DNA of 64,000 nt. It comes from an uncultured Gemmatimonadales bacterium. Its GTDB lineage: Bacteria > Gemmatimonadota > Gemmatimonadetes > Gemmatimonadales > GWC2-71-9. Shown here piece by piece: positions 28,308 to 39,937 of the stretch (within the stretch, counting starts at the first letter, position 1; each line of letters opens with the position of its first letter). The notes under the pieces were generated by a model. It did no database searches. It saw only the letters and a program-made list of their open reading frames with translations, and was not told the DNA's origin. A program made the position numbers and the translations under genes. The stretch lies in contig CAWCVB010000006.1 of the NCBI GenBank assembly GCA_963798915.1, forward strand, positions 352,001 through 416,000. Direction: 5' to 3'.

Positions 28308-28973
28308 ATGGCAAACCAGGTGAAGCTTGCGGCTGGCAGCCGCACGATGACCGGCAAGGGCGCCGCGCGCTCCGTCCGCCGCGAGGGCAAAGTCCCCGCC
28401 GTGGTATATGGCCACGGCCGCACGCCCGAACCCCTGCTGCTGGACGGCGCCGCCCTCGGCCGCGCGCTGCAGGGCGCGACGGCCGCCACCATGCTCGAGG
28501 TGACGGTGGACGACCGGGCGCCCATTCGCGCCCTGATTCGTGAGGTGCAGCGCGATCCGCTCCGCACCGCCAATATCCTGCATGTCGACTTCTATGAGGT
28601 CCACGCGGACGAGAAACTCACCGTCAGCGTGCCGGTCCACCTCACGGGTGTGCCTGATGGCGTGCGGAACTTTGGTGGCGTGCTCGATCATGTGCGCCGT
28701 GAACTCGAGATCGAGGTCTTCCCCGGCGACATTCCAGACAGCATTGACGTCGATGTGACCGGTCTGACGATCGGCCGCTCAATCTTCGTGCGCGACATTC
28801 ACCTGGAGCGCGCTGAAATCCTGGACGATCCGGACCAGCCCATCGCCACGGTGGTCGCGCCCCGGACGGAGGAGGCCGCGGCCGTCGCGGTGGAGGAAGC
28901 TCCCTCCCTTGAGCCGGAACTCATCCGCAAGGCTAAGGCCGATGAGGACGAGGGCGAAGCCGAGGAAGAGTAA
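28308..28973 (+). CDS. rplY: 50S ribosomal protein L25/Ctc
   Basis: GKGAARSVRREGKVPAVVYG, HVDFY, acidic tail. Confidence 0.95.
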   Translation: MANQVKLAAGSRTMTGKGAARSVRREGKVPAVVYGHGRTPEPLLLDGAALGRALQGATAATMLEVTVDDRAPIRALIREVQRDPLRTANILHVDFYEVHADEKLTVSVPVHLTGVPDGVRNFGGVLDHVRRELEIEVFPGDIPDSIDVDVTGLTIGRSIFVRDIHLERAEILDDPDQPIATVVAPRTEEAAAVAVEEAPSLEPELIRKAKADEDEGEAEEE

Positions 28974-28976
28974 GTC

Positions 28977-29543
28977 CTGCGCACGATCGTCGGCCTGGGC
29001 AATCCGGGCCCGGAGTACGCTGGCACTCGCCACAATGCTGGATTCCGGCTGGTGGACCACCTCGCCACGCGGTGGCACGCTCCAGCCTTCCGGCGGGCGG
29101 AGCGCGGGCGCGAGGCGATTGTCCGGGTAGACGACCGGGACATCCGGCTGCTCAAGCCGCAGACCTACATGAATCGGAGCGGCGCAGCACTCGCGCCGCT
29201 CCTCGCCGACGACTCGTTCGATCCCAGTCGCGATCTGCTCATCCTGGTGGACGATGTCGCCATCGCCGTGGGCCGGTTTCGCCTCCGGGGAGCCGGCTCC
29301 GACGGTGGCCATAATGGGCTGCGCAGCGTCGAGGCAACGCTGCGACGCCAGGATTACGCCCGTCTCCGGATCGGGGTCGGGCCACGGCCTCCCGGCGTCG
29401 AGGACCTGGCCGATTTTGTTCTTGGCGAGTTCAGCCAGGATGAGAACGCGGTGCTGAATGACCTACTCGACCCCATGGCGGACGCGGTGGCCTGCTGGCT
29501 GGAGATGGGCATCGAGGGAGCCATGAGCAGATTCAACCGTTGA
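28977..29543 (+). CDS. pth: Peptidyl-tRNA hydrolase (CTG start inferred)
   Basis: [20 protein letters not shown] lies upstream of the listed ORF start; [23 protein letters not shown]. Confidence 0.93.
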   Translation: MRTIVGLGNPGPEYAGTRHNAGFRLVDHLATRWHAPAFRRAERGREAIVRVDDRDIRLLKPQTYMNRSGAALAPLLADDSFDPSRDLLILVDDVAIAVGRFRLRGAGSDGGHNGLRSVEATLRRQDYARLRIGVGPRPPGVEDLADFVLGEFSQDENAVLNDLLDPMADAVACWLEMGIEGAMSRFNR

Positions 29544-29554
29544 CCGGAGGAGCA

Positions 29555-31614
<2,060 letters not shown>

Positions 31615-31624
31615 GGCCGCCCGT

Positions 31625-32722
31625 ATGCTCCGGCTCGGCATCGTCGGCCTCCCAAACGTCGGCAAGAGCACCCTCTTCAATGCGCTCACGTCGGCGGGAG
31701 CGTTGGTGGCGAACTATCCGTTCGCGACCATCGAACCCAACACCGGGGTCGTGCAGGTTCCGGACAGCCGGCTGAGGGACCTCGCCCGCCTGGTCTCCCC
31801 TCAGCGTGTCGTGCCTGCAACGGTCGAGTTTGTCGATATCGCCGGGTTGGTGAAAGGCGCCAGTGCCGGGGAAGGACTCGGGAATCAGTTCCTCGCCAAC
31901 ATCCGCGAAGTCGACGCCATCGTCCATGTGGTCCGATGTTTCGAGGATGATGATATCCAGCATGTGATGGGATCGGTCGATCCGGTCCGCGATCGCGAAA
32001 TCGTCAACATCGAACTTGCACTCGCCGACCTTGCAAGCGTCGAAAAGCGACTCGATCGTGCCGCCCGGGCTGCCCGCACCGGCGACCCCGCGGCCCGCGC
32101 CGAACTTCGGGTGCTCGAACAGCTGCAGCGTGCGTTGAGTGATGGTCGGGCCGCGCGCACGGTTCGCCTCGAGCCAGATGACGTCGCCATCGCCCGTTCC
32201 TTCAACCTCATGACCACGAAACCGGTGCTGTACGCTGCGAACGTGCGTGAGGACGAGATTGCGCCGGGCAACGCGCATGTCGCTGCCCTCGGAGCGGCGG
32301 CAGCGGCGGACGGAGAGCAGGCAGAGGTTGTCACTTTTTCGGCGCGAGTGGAAATGGAACTGGCCGAGCTCGAGCCGGACGAGCGGGCCGAGTTCCTGGC
32401 CGACTTGGGTCTGTCCGAGAGCGGACTTGACCGGCTTGCCAGAGCGGCCTATCACCTGCTGGGCCTGCAGAGCTACTTCACCGCTGGCGAAAAGGAAGTG
32501 CGCGCCTGGACGATCCATCGCGGTGATACGGCGCCGGCGGCCGCCGGCGTGATTCACACTGACTTCGAGAAGGGCTTCATCCGGGCCGAAACGGTGGCGT
32601 TCGACGACTTCGTCCGCCTCGGCGGCTGGAAGGGCGCGCGGGACCAGGGGCTCGCGCGGGCGGAAGGCAAGGAGTACATCGTTCAGGATGGCGACGTCAT
32701 GCTCTTCCGGTTCAACGTGTAG
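31625..32722 (+). CDS. ychF: Redox-regulated ATPase YchF
   Basis: [29 protein letters not shown]-terminal TGS domain ending FRFNV. Confidence 0.97.
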   Translation: MLRLGIVGLPNVGKSTLFNALTSAGALVANYPFATIEPNTGVVQVPDSRLRDLARLVSPQRVVPATVEFVDIAGLVKGASAGEGLGNQFLANIREVDAIVHVVRCFEDDDIQHVMGSVDPVRDREIVNIELALADLASVEKRLDRAARAARTGDPAARAELRVLEQLQRALSDGRAARTVRLEPDDVAIARSFNLMTTKPVLYAANVREDEIAPGNAHVAALGAAAAADGEQAEVVTFSARVEMELAELEPDERAEFLADLGLSESGLDRLARAAYHLLGLQSYFTAGEKEVRAWTIHRGDTAPAAAGVIHTDFEKGFIRAETVAFDDFVRLGGWKGARDQGLARAEGKEYIVQDGDVMLFRFNV

Positions 32723-32803
32723 CCTTCTCTCCACCAGTCGTCTCCACGAGGATGGCCCACAACACCTGACGGCCTGCCTGGTCCCCGGCTGCGGGAGATT
32801 CTG

Positions 32804-34969
32804 ATGACGAAACTGCGCCTCGAACGCCTGCGCCCTGCCCGGCTGTTGGCCGTGCTGGCGGGGGCGTTCACCCTGACCTTAGGAACAATGCGCCCAGGGT
32901 CAGCACAGGTGCCGGCAGTCGACGCGCCAGTGTCGAAGCTGTCGTGTGATGACGCCTATCGCATGCTGGTGGTGCAGGCAACAGGCCAGCCTCCATCTGT
33001 CGGCTTCCTGCATCCCTCCACCCGCTCCGAGGCAGACAACGCATTGAGGACGCTCACGTATGCGGCCCTCAGCTCACCCCGTTGTCCGGCCGACTATGGC
33101 GTCCGCGCGCTGCTCAAGTGGTATCTCGCGACGACAGAATGGGTCCCCAAGGATGCGCCGGGTCAGCGTCCGGGAATTCCGTGGAACCTCGACGCCATTT
33201 ATGACCTGGCGCTCGCGGGAAAGGCCGGCGGATCAGCCGGCTCGGTGGCGGCAACCATCGCAACTGAACTGCTGCTGACCGACATTCCGTCGATGCCGTA
33301 CGCCATCCGCGAAGTCGGTCCCGCGCTGCTGGACGCGTTCGCGGTGCCATCGGCCATATCCGATACGGTCCGGCAGTTTCAGCGCGGCCGGCTTGCGGCT
33401 TGGCTCTGGGTGCCGGCGGTGGCCGATTCGGCTTTCTCCGCGTATGGCGATGCCGGCGGCGGCGCTGACCGCGCGGCAATGGAACTGGCGCGTGTACGCC
33501 TGGCCCAGTCTCGTGCTGGTGCCGATTCGCTGTATTACCAGGCCGCAGCGTCGTCGGATACAGCAGTCACGCGCGAGCTTCGGCACGACCTGGCCTGGAT
33601 CGCGGACTCGGCGGAGCTGGCGGACTTCGACACCACCACGCCTGCATCGCGCGCGGCATGGCTTCGGAACTTCTGGGAACAGCGCGACCTTGATGCGCTC
33701 CGCGAGCGTGGTGCGCGGCTGGCGGAGCACTACCGCCGGATTGCCTTTGCCAAGGTGAACTTCCGTCTGCTGGTCATGGACCGGAAGTATGAGCTCAACG
33801 AATTGTGGGTCAATCGGCTGGCGCCCTTCGACGATCGCGGGCTGATGTACATCCGGCATGGCGAACCGGACGACACTGCCGCTGCCGTCCGGGCCGGCGC
33901 CTGCCCGAATGTTTCCTGGCTGTATCGGCGGCCGGATGGCAACATGATCTTTCACTTCGTGGCGCGGGAAAATCCGAATGATTGGCGCTTGATCGAGACG
34001 TTGGCCAACGCCGGGGGTGAGGCGGGCGCTACCACGCGGGTCCGCCGGGCCAGCCCCACGCGCAGCTGTGCCGTAATCCCCGACTTGCTGGAGTCACGCG
34101 CTGGGCTCGATCCGCTGTACGCCAAGCTCGCCGTCAGCCCGACCCATCAGAACTGGGAACGCGAACTCGCCATCACGACGCGAAGTCGCGAACTCGGCAC
34201 CACAACTGATTCTGATCCACTGCGCTTCCCTGCCCAGCTCGGGGTAGCCTGGCACGCGTATGCACTGCTCGGTGCGGCACCGGGGCGCGGCCGGGTCCTC
34301 ATCCTTTCGTCGGTGCCCGCGGACGCCCTGACGCCCATCATCGAAAATCCGCCGGGTTACGGATTCCGGATGCGCCTGGTCGCGCAGGCCGCCGACACTG
34401 TCGTGGAAATCGACACCACGCGACGATTCCGGGTGCGGCAGGCGCCTGTGCCCGGGCAGATGCTCACCTTTACCACTGATCTCTCCCTGCCGTCCGGCAC
34501 CTGGAATTTCGGCTCCGTGCTGCGCCAGCCCGCCGACTCCGCGGGCCAGGTCATTCGCACCGCGTCGCTCGTCGTTCCTGATGACGCGACAAGGGACCTG
34601 CAGTCCAGCGACCTGGTGCTCGGCACCGAAACTGGCGGGGAGATGTGGCAGGCGCCCGATGGTCCGTTCATGCTCAGCCCTACCGGCACGTACCGCCAGG
34701 GTGAACCAGTGCTCATGTACTATGAAATTGCCGGGTCACACGGGGGAGAAACACTGACCACGGACGTCACGTTCAGTTCGGAGGACGGTGATAATCGCGT
34801 GTCCTTGAGCTTCACTGAGCAGGCGCCGGGACAGGTCCAGCGGGTCCGACGGAGCATGGCCACCGATCGCCTGCAGCCAGGACGCTACCGTGTCGAGGTC
34901 ACCATTCATTCGGAAGATGGCCGGCAGAAGACCAGCCGCACGACCCTGATCTACGTCGAGAAGCCCTGA
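32804..34969 (+). CDS. GWxTD-domain-like exported protein
   Basis: Signal peptide; WLRNFW, EHYRRI, DDRGLMYIRHGEPD; C-terminal Ig-like SDLVLG and PGRYRVEV. Confidence 0.7.
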   Translation: MTKLRLERLRPARLLAVLAGAFTLTLGTMRPGSAQVPAVDAPVSKLSCDDAYRMLVVQATGQPPSVGFLHPSTRSEADNALRTLTYAALSSPRCPADYGVRALLKWYLATTEWVPKDAPGQRPGIPWNLDAIYDLALAGKAGGSAGSVAATIATELLLTDIPSMPYAIREVGPALLDAFAVPSAISDTVRQFQRGRLAAWLWVPAVADSAFSAYGDAGGGADRAAMELARVRLAQSRAGADSLYYQAAASSDTAVTRELRHDLAWIADSAELADFDTTTPASRAAWLRNFWEQRDLDALRERGARLAEHYRRIAFAKVNFRLLVMDRKYELNELWVNRLAPFDDRGLMYIRHGEPDDTAAAVRAGACPNVSWLYRRPDGNMIFHFVARENPNDWRLIETLANAGGEAGATTRVRRASPTRSCAVIPDLLESRAGLDPLYAKLAVSPTHQNWERELAITTRSRELGTTTDSDPLRFPAQLGVAWHAYALLGAAPGRGRVLILSSVPADALTPIIENPPGYGFRMRLVAQAADTVVEIDTTRRFRVRQAPVPGQMLTFTTDLSLPSGTWNFGSVLRQPADSAGQVIRTASLVVPDDATRDLQSSDLVLGTETGGEMWQAPDGPFMLSPTGTYRQGEPVLMYYEIAGSHGGETLTTDVTFSSEDGDNRVSLSFTEQAPGQVQRVRRSMATDRLQPGRYRVEVTIHSEDGRQKTSRTTLIYVEKP

Positions 34970-34978
34970 GCCGGCGAG

Positions 34979-35611
34979 TCAGTATCGCTCGGGGGCCAGG
35001 CGCCAGGTGTAGTCGAGCGTCGCCGCATGAACGTTGACGCCTTTCCCAACCCGATATCCGAACTGGCCATCCACGGGAATCATCGGCCGCGCGACCGCGC
35101 CAATTGCTGTCCCGTTGACCAGGAACGAGACCGAGTCAGCCCGGGCCACGATGGCAAGCGTGTTCGGAGCCGGTTGGTCCCCGGCCAGCACGTTGACGGA
35201 GTCCGGGCGAACCCAGGGCAGGTAGATCGTCGAATCGCCGCCATCATGCCGGAATACCCCGGCCATGCCATCCCGACGGACCAGAAATGCAGTGTAACTC
35301 GGCTCGCCATACTCCAGGCCAGTCCCGCCCACGAACAGCCCGAACCCCTCCTCGCTGGAGCCCGGAAAAACAAAGAATTTAGCGGCCATCGTAAACGGCC
35401 CGGCGGCGCGGGCCGTCGGCGCGAAGAGCAGCGCGCCAGGTCCCATGGTGATATGAAACCCAGGCGGCATGGCCTCGAAACGGTAGGCGTCCACCGGCCG
35501 GCCGGCCGAGTCCAGCAACACCTTCCAACCCTTCGGTCCGGGCGGCGCCTGGGCTGCGAGCGAGCCGGCGATTGCAAGCAGAAGCAACGTGGCGAGAGTG
35601 ACTGCCTTCAC
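34979..35611 (-). CDS. Hypothetical secreted beta-sandwich protein
   Basis: GAGG SD plus GTG at 35611, signal peptide, GFGLFVGG, FLVNG. Confidence 0.7.
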   Translation of the reverse strand: MKAVTLATLLLLAIAGSLAAQAPPGPKGWKVLLDSAGRPVDAYRFEAMPPGFHITMGPGALLFAPTARAAGPFTMAAKFFVFPGSSEEGFGLFVGGTGLEYGEPSYTAFLVRRDGMAGVFRHDGGDSTIYLPWVRPDSVNVLAGDQPAPNTLAIVARADSVSFLVNGTAIGAVARPMIPVDGQFGYRVGKGVNVHAATLDYTWRLAPERY

Positions 35612-35779
35612 TGGGGCCTCCCGTGGGTGATCTGGCGAAGCTAGCGCCCCCGGCCGTAGTGCGCGATCCGCTGCCCGACCCCTTTTCCTGACGCGGTGTG
35701 TCGGGTATCTTTGCCAGCTCACTCGCATCCTCTTCGGCCCCACACCAGGGCCGGGGCGACCAGTCCAAAGGACGGTGTC

Positions 35780-36121
35780 ATGGCCAACCCGTATGAGGTG
35801 GTCTACATCTTCGACAGTGTGCTCGAAGAAGCGGCCATCAACGAAAAACTCGATCGTTTCCATTCTCTCGTTCAGGTGCCTGATTCCGGCACGCCCTCAG
35901 TGGATCACTGGGGCAAGCGGACACTTGCGTATCCAGTGGCCAACCGGGACACCGGCTACTACGTCGTGGCCCGTTTCCAGGCGGAGGCCGCGGCATTGCC
36001 CGAATTCGAGCGGGCGCTCAAGCTCGACGACGGGCTCCTGCGGCACCTCATCGTGCTGAACGACGGACCGCAGCCGGTCCCGCCGTCTGCCACGAAGTCA
36101 GACGAGGAGGACGACGAATGA
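35780..36121 (+). CDS. rpsF: 30S ribosomal protein S6
   Basis: [25 protein letters not shown]. Confidence 0.95.
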   Translation: MANPYEVVYIFDSVLEEAAINEKLDRFHSLVQVPDSGTPSVDHWGKRTLAYPVANRDTGYYVVARFQAEAAALPEFERALKLDDGLLRHLIVLNDGPQPVPPSATKSDEEDDE

Positions 36122-36339
36122 AGCGCTCTCACAAGACCTGTGCGATCTGCGAGTCTGGCGTGCGGGTCGTGGACTACAAGGACGAACGGACGCTGCAGCG
36201 GTTTCTGACCGAGCGGGGCAAGATCCTTCCCAGTCGGCTTTCGGGCACGTGTGGCCGCCACCAGCGGCAGCTGGCCACGGCCATCAAGCGGGCGCGCGAA
36301 CTGGCCCTGCTGCCGTACATCAAGGGCCACGCCGGCTGA
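36118..36339 (+). CDS. rpsR: 30S ribosomal protein S18 (Zn-binding type)
   Basis: CAIC, DYKD, GKILPSR, CGRHQR, IKRAR. Confidence 0.96.
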   Translation: MKRSHKTCAICESGVRVVDYKDERTLQRFLTERGKILPSRLSGTCGRHQRQLATAIKRARELALLPYIKGHAG

Positions 36340-37301
36340 CGCTGGCCCCGGCGGCGCCCCGCCGCACGTTCCCGTGGGGCCTGGTCGGTCTCCTGGCGGT
36401 GTACGTGCTGCTCGCCCCGCCGATATTCTTTTTCGCCCCACTGGCGCTGCTGCTGCTGGTCGCAGGGCTGCACACGGCGCGCGAGTGGCTGTGGTTTGGG
36501 GTGAGCGCGCTGCTGGCGCTGCTTTGGGCGCTCTCGGGGCTGGCGACGCTCGCAACCGGCGCCGCCGCCGCGGCGGGCATCGTGGCATCCGGCCTCTTCT
36601 GCGGCCTCACCCTGGGCACCGCGTGGCCGGTGTTCCGTCGGGCCATGATCGCAGCGGCAACGGCGATCGGCGTCGTGGGGGCGTGGGCGGATGCGCTGGG
36701 ACAGTCGTGGGCGCAAGTCCAGGCGAGCTTTGCCAGCGGCCTTCGCCTGATGTTCGCCAGTCAGGCGGAGGCCCTCGCGGTCCGCGGCGTGGAGCCGTCA
36801 TTTGTGGAACAGATCCGGGCAATGGCGGACAGCGGCGCACGCCTGGGGCCGTATCTCGCCGCCTTCCTCGTGCTGGGTGCCGTGGCCGGGTTGACACTGG
36901 CCACGAGGTGGGCGGAGCGAATCTCCGACCGCAGCCTGGGCCGCCCGCCGGCGCCGTTCCGGACCTTCAGTTTCTCGGACCAGGCCATCTGGCTGCTGGC
37001 CCTTTCAATCGCGGTCACCCTGCTTGCTCCTCGCCAGGCCGTGTGGCTGGGAGTTCCAGTACGGACCTGGGCGGCGAACGTGGCGCTCATCATGGCGGCC
37101 AGCTACACGCTCCGCGGTCTGGCGATCTATCAGGCTGCGGCCTTGCGAGTACCGCGACTCGTGAATGTGGCGCTGGCCATCCTGTCGGCGTTGCTCTGGC
37201 CTGCCGCGGGCACGGGGCTGGCCCTGCTGGGATTGTCGGATGGCTGGATAGATTTCAGGCGGCGCTTCGGCGTGACGCAACCGGAGGATGAAAAACAATG
37301 A
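36336..37301 (+). CDS. DUF2232/YybS-like membrane protein (CTG start inferred)
   Basis: Multiple TM segments, C-terminal [13 protein letters not shown], located between rpsR and rplI. Confidence 0.75.
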   Translation: MTLAPAAPRRTFPWGLVGLLAVYVLLAPPIFFFAPLALLLLVAGLHTAREWLWFGVSALLALLWALSGLATLATGAAAAAGIVASGLFCGLTLGTAWPVFRRAMIAAATAIGVVGAWADALGQSWAQVQASFASGLRLMFASQAEALAVRGVEPSFVEQIRAMADSGARLGPYLAAFLVLGAVAGLTLATRWAERISDRSLGRPPAPFRTFSFSDQAIWLLALSIAVTLLAPRQAVWLGVPVRTWAANVALIMAASYTLRGLAIYQAAALRVPRLVNVALAILSALLWPAAGTGLALLGLSDGWIDFRRRFGVTQPEDEKQ

Positions 37302-37747
37302 TCGAAGTGATTCTGCGGGATGACGTGAGTTCGCTCGGCAAGGCCGGGCAGCTTGTCCGGGTGCGCCCTGGGTACGCCCGGAATTACCTGCTGCCGCAGG
37401 GCCTGGCCTACGAGGCGACCGAGGGCAACAAGAAGCGCATCGCCGCGGAGACACGCGCGCGGTCGGTCCGGCTGGCGGCGGAAAAAGACGGCGCCGAGGC
37501 GTTCGCCGCACGGCTCAATGCGGTGACGCTGGCGCTGACCGGAAACGCCGGCGAGGAAGGCAAACTGTTCGGCTCCATCACCAGCGCGGACATTGCGCAG
37601 GCCCTCAAGGCTCAGGGTCTGGAGGTAGATCGGCGCCGGATCGAGCTCGACCAGCCCATCAAGCAGCTGGGTGAGCACATGGTCCCGGTCCGGGTTCATC
37701 CTGAGGTCGAAGCGAAAGTGCGCGTCATGGTCACCGCCGCGGAATAG
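37298..37747 (+). CDS. rplI: 50S ribosomal protein L9
   Basis: VILRDDV..LGKAG, GYARNYLLP, GKLFGSIT. Confidence 0.97.
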   Translation: MIEVILRDDVSSLGKAGQLVRVRPGYARNYLLPQGLAYEATEGNKKRIAAETRARSVRLAAEKDGAEAFAARLNAVTLALTGNAGEEGKLFGSITSADIAQALKAQGLEVDRRRIELDQPIKQLGEHMVPVRVHPEVEAKVRVMVTAAE

Positions 37748-37756
37748 CGCGCGACG

Positions 37757-39574
37757 GTGGGGATCTCCTATGTCGACGGGCCGCGACTGGCGCGGTCGTT
37801 CCACGCCGCGTCCGACTGGGTGGCGGCGGGACGCGAGGAGATCAATCGCATCAATGTCTTTCCGGTTCCCGACGGCGATACCGGCACCAACTTCAGCCTG
37901 ACCCTCCGCGCTGTCGCCGACGCCCTGCAGGCGCTCGGCGACGCGCCGCTCGGTGAAACCGCCCGGACAGCCGCAACGGCCGCCGTGCTGGGCGCACGTG
38001 GCAATTCCGGCATGATGGTCGCCCACTTTCTGCTCGGCTTCTCCGATGGCCTCCAACACCTGCCAAGAGCTGACGTTCACACCATTGCACGCGCCATCCG
38101 CCTCGGCTCCAACCACCTCGCAGATGCGCTCGACGATCCCCGCGAAGGAACCATCCTGACCGTCGCGCGCGACGCCGCTGGCGCCGCCGAACGTGCGGCA
38201 CTCGAGACATCCGACCTTGCCGAGTTCATGCAATTGATGCTGGCCGAGGGAGAGAGGGCGCTGGCGGACACGCCAAGGCTGATGGCCGTGCTGCGTGAAG
38301 CGGGCGTGGTGGACGCCGGGGGAATGGGGTTTGTCCGGATGCTCGAGGGTGTGGTCCGGTGCATCGAGGGAGACCCGATCCGTCCGGCCAGCACGTTCTC
38401 CCCGCCGGCGGCCGACCAGCCAACGCCGGCAGCCCTGAGCCAGGTGGCGCACGAGCGCGACTTCCGGTACTGCACCGAGGTGCTGATCCGCGGCGCCGCC
38501 CTCCCTGCGGCCAATGAGGTGCGCTCGGCGATGCACGGCTTCGGCGGATCGGTGGTGGTTGCCACCACGGCCGACGTCCTCAGGATCCATGTGCATACGG
38601 ACACACCCGATGCCGTCTTTACCTTTGCAACGCGATGGGGTGAACTGCAGAGCACCAAGGCCGAGGACATGCGGGCGCAACATGCCCGCCTGGCGCATGC
38701 CGAGCGGCGGTCCGTCGGGGTGGTGACCGACAGCTCGGCGGACCTGCCCGATGCCGTGCTTGATCGCCACGGCATCACCCTGGTCCCATTGCAGGTGGTG
38801 TTCGGTGCGGAGACCTTCCGGGACAGGGTGGAGCTGCGGCCCGACGAGTTCTATCGGCGTCTTCGCGCCGGCAGCACGCTGCCGACCACGTCGCAGCCCG
38901 CACCCGGCGACTTCGTCCGCGTCTTCGGCGACGTGCGGCAGGAGGCGCACGAGGTGGTCGCCGTGCTGCTCTCCGCCGGGCTGTCGGGCACGTACCAGTC
39001 GGCGGTCGCTGCCGCCCGGGCATCGGGTCGTGACGGCATCCACCTGGTCGACAGTCGCAGCGCCTCCCTGGGCGTCGGGCTGCTTGCCCTGCGCGCGGCC
39101 GAACTGGCCGAGGCGGGGTGGACCGGCGACCGGATTGTGCGTGAGCTGGAGCGGATCAAGCGTCGATCAGGCATGCTGCTGACGGTGGACCGGTATGACA
39201 ACCTGCTCCGCTCCGGACGGGTGAGCCGGGGCAAAGCATGGCTGGGCGGCATGCTGGACGTCAAGCCGATCCTCACGTTTGACGACGACGGTCGCGTGGT
39301 TCCTCTCGATCGAGTACGGGGAGCCACCAACCTGGTGCCGCGGGTGCTTGCCCACCTGGAGCGGCTCCTCGCCCCGAGACCGTCACGCGTCCGGTTTGGC
39401 ATCGCCCACGCGGATGCGCCGGATGCCGCCGAGCGGCTGCGCACCGCAATCGTGGCCGCGTTCCGGCCGCTCGACTGCCTGGTCACGCTCGCCACGGGCG
39501 TGCTGGGTGCCCATGTCGGCGTCGGCGCCTGGGCAGTCTTCTACCAGGTGGAGGACGGCGAGGTGGACGGCTGA
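37757..39574 (+). CDS. DAK2 (FakA-like)-DegV (FakB-like) fusion, fatty acid kinase
   Basis: INVFPVPDGDTGTN, GARGNSG, VVDAGG, YCTE, HVHT, then VTDSSADL, TTSQP, LSGTYQS, SGRV. Confidence 0.9.
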   Translation: MGISYVDGPRLARSFHAASDWVAAGREEINRINVFPVPDGDTGTNFSLTLRAVADALQALGDAPLGETARTAATAAVLGARGNSGMMVAHFLLGFSDGLQHLPRADVHTIARAIRLGSNHLADALDDPREGTILTVARDAAGAAERAALETSDLAEFMQLMLAEGERALADTPRLMAVLREAGVVDAGGMGFVRMLEGVVRCIEGDPIRPASTFSPPAADQPTPAALSQVAHERDFRYCTEVLIRGAALPAANEVRSAMHGFGGSVVVATTADVLRIHVHTDTPDAVFTFATRWGELQSTKAEDMRAQHARLAHAERRSVGVVTDSSADLPDAVLDRHGITLVPLQVVFGAETFRDRVELRPDEFYRRLRAGSTLPTTSQPAPGDFVRVFGDVRQEAHEVVAVLLSAGLSGTYQSAVAAARASGRDGIHLVDSRSASLGVGLLALRAAELAEAGWTGDRIVRELERIKRRSGMLLTVDRYDNLLRSGRVSRGKAWLGGMLDVKPILTFDDDGRVVPLDRVRGATNLVPRVLAHLERLLAPRPSRVRFGIAHADAPDAAERLRTAIVAAFRPLDCLVTLATGVLGAHVGVGAWAVFYQVEDGEVDG

Positions 39575-39927
39575 TGGCGGCGGAGCTGCCGAGAGACGTG
39601 CGCCGGGCGGTCGACGCAATTGAGGACCTGAAGGGCCAGGCACTTGTGGTGCTCGACCTCCGTGGAGTGAACGACGCCACCGATTTCTTCGTGCTGGCGT
39701 CCGGAACATCGGAAGCGCATGTGCGCGGCATTGCCGAATCGGTGATGGGCAAGATGGACAAGGCGGGCGTGCCTACCCATCATGCAGAAGGTCTCAATTC
39801 CGGACGATGGGTGCTGCTCGACTATGTTGATTTCGTGGTTCACCTGTTCCATCCGGAGACGCGCGCGTTTTACCAGTTGGAGCGGCTCTGGAGCGATGCC
39901 CTGGAGCTGCCGGTCGGTACTCCCTGA
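39574..39927 (+). CDS. rsfS: Ribosome silencing factor
   Basis: DLKG, DFFVLASG, WVLLDYVDFVVHLF, FYQLERLW. Confidence 0.95.
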   Translation: MAAELPRDVRRAVDAIEDLKGQALVVLDLRGVNDATDFFVLASGTSEAHVRGIAESVMGKMDKAGVPTHHAEGLNSGRWVLLDYVDFVVHLFHPETRAFYQLERLWSDALELPVGTP

Positions 39928-39937
39928 AGAGGTCGCC

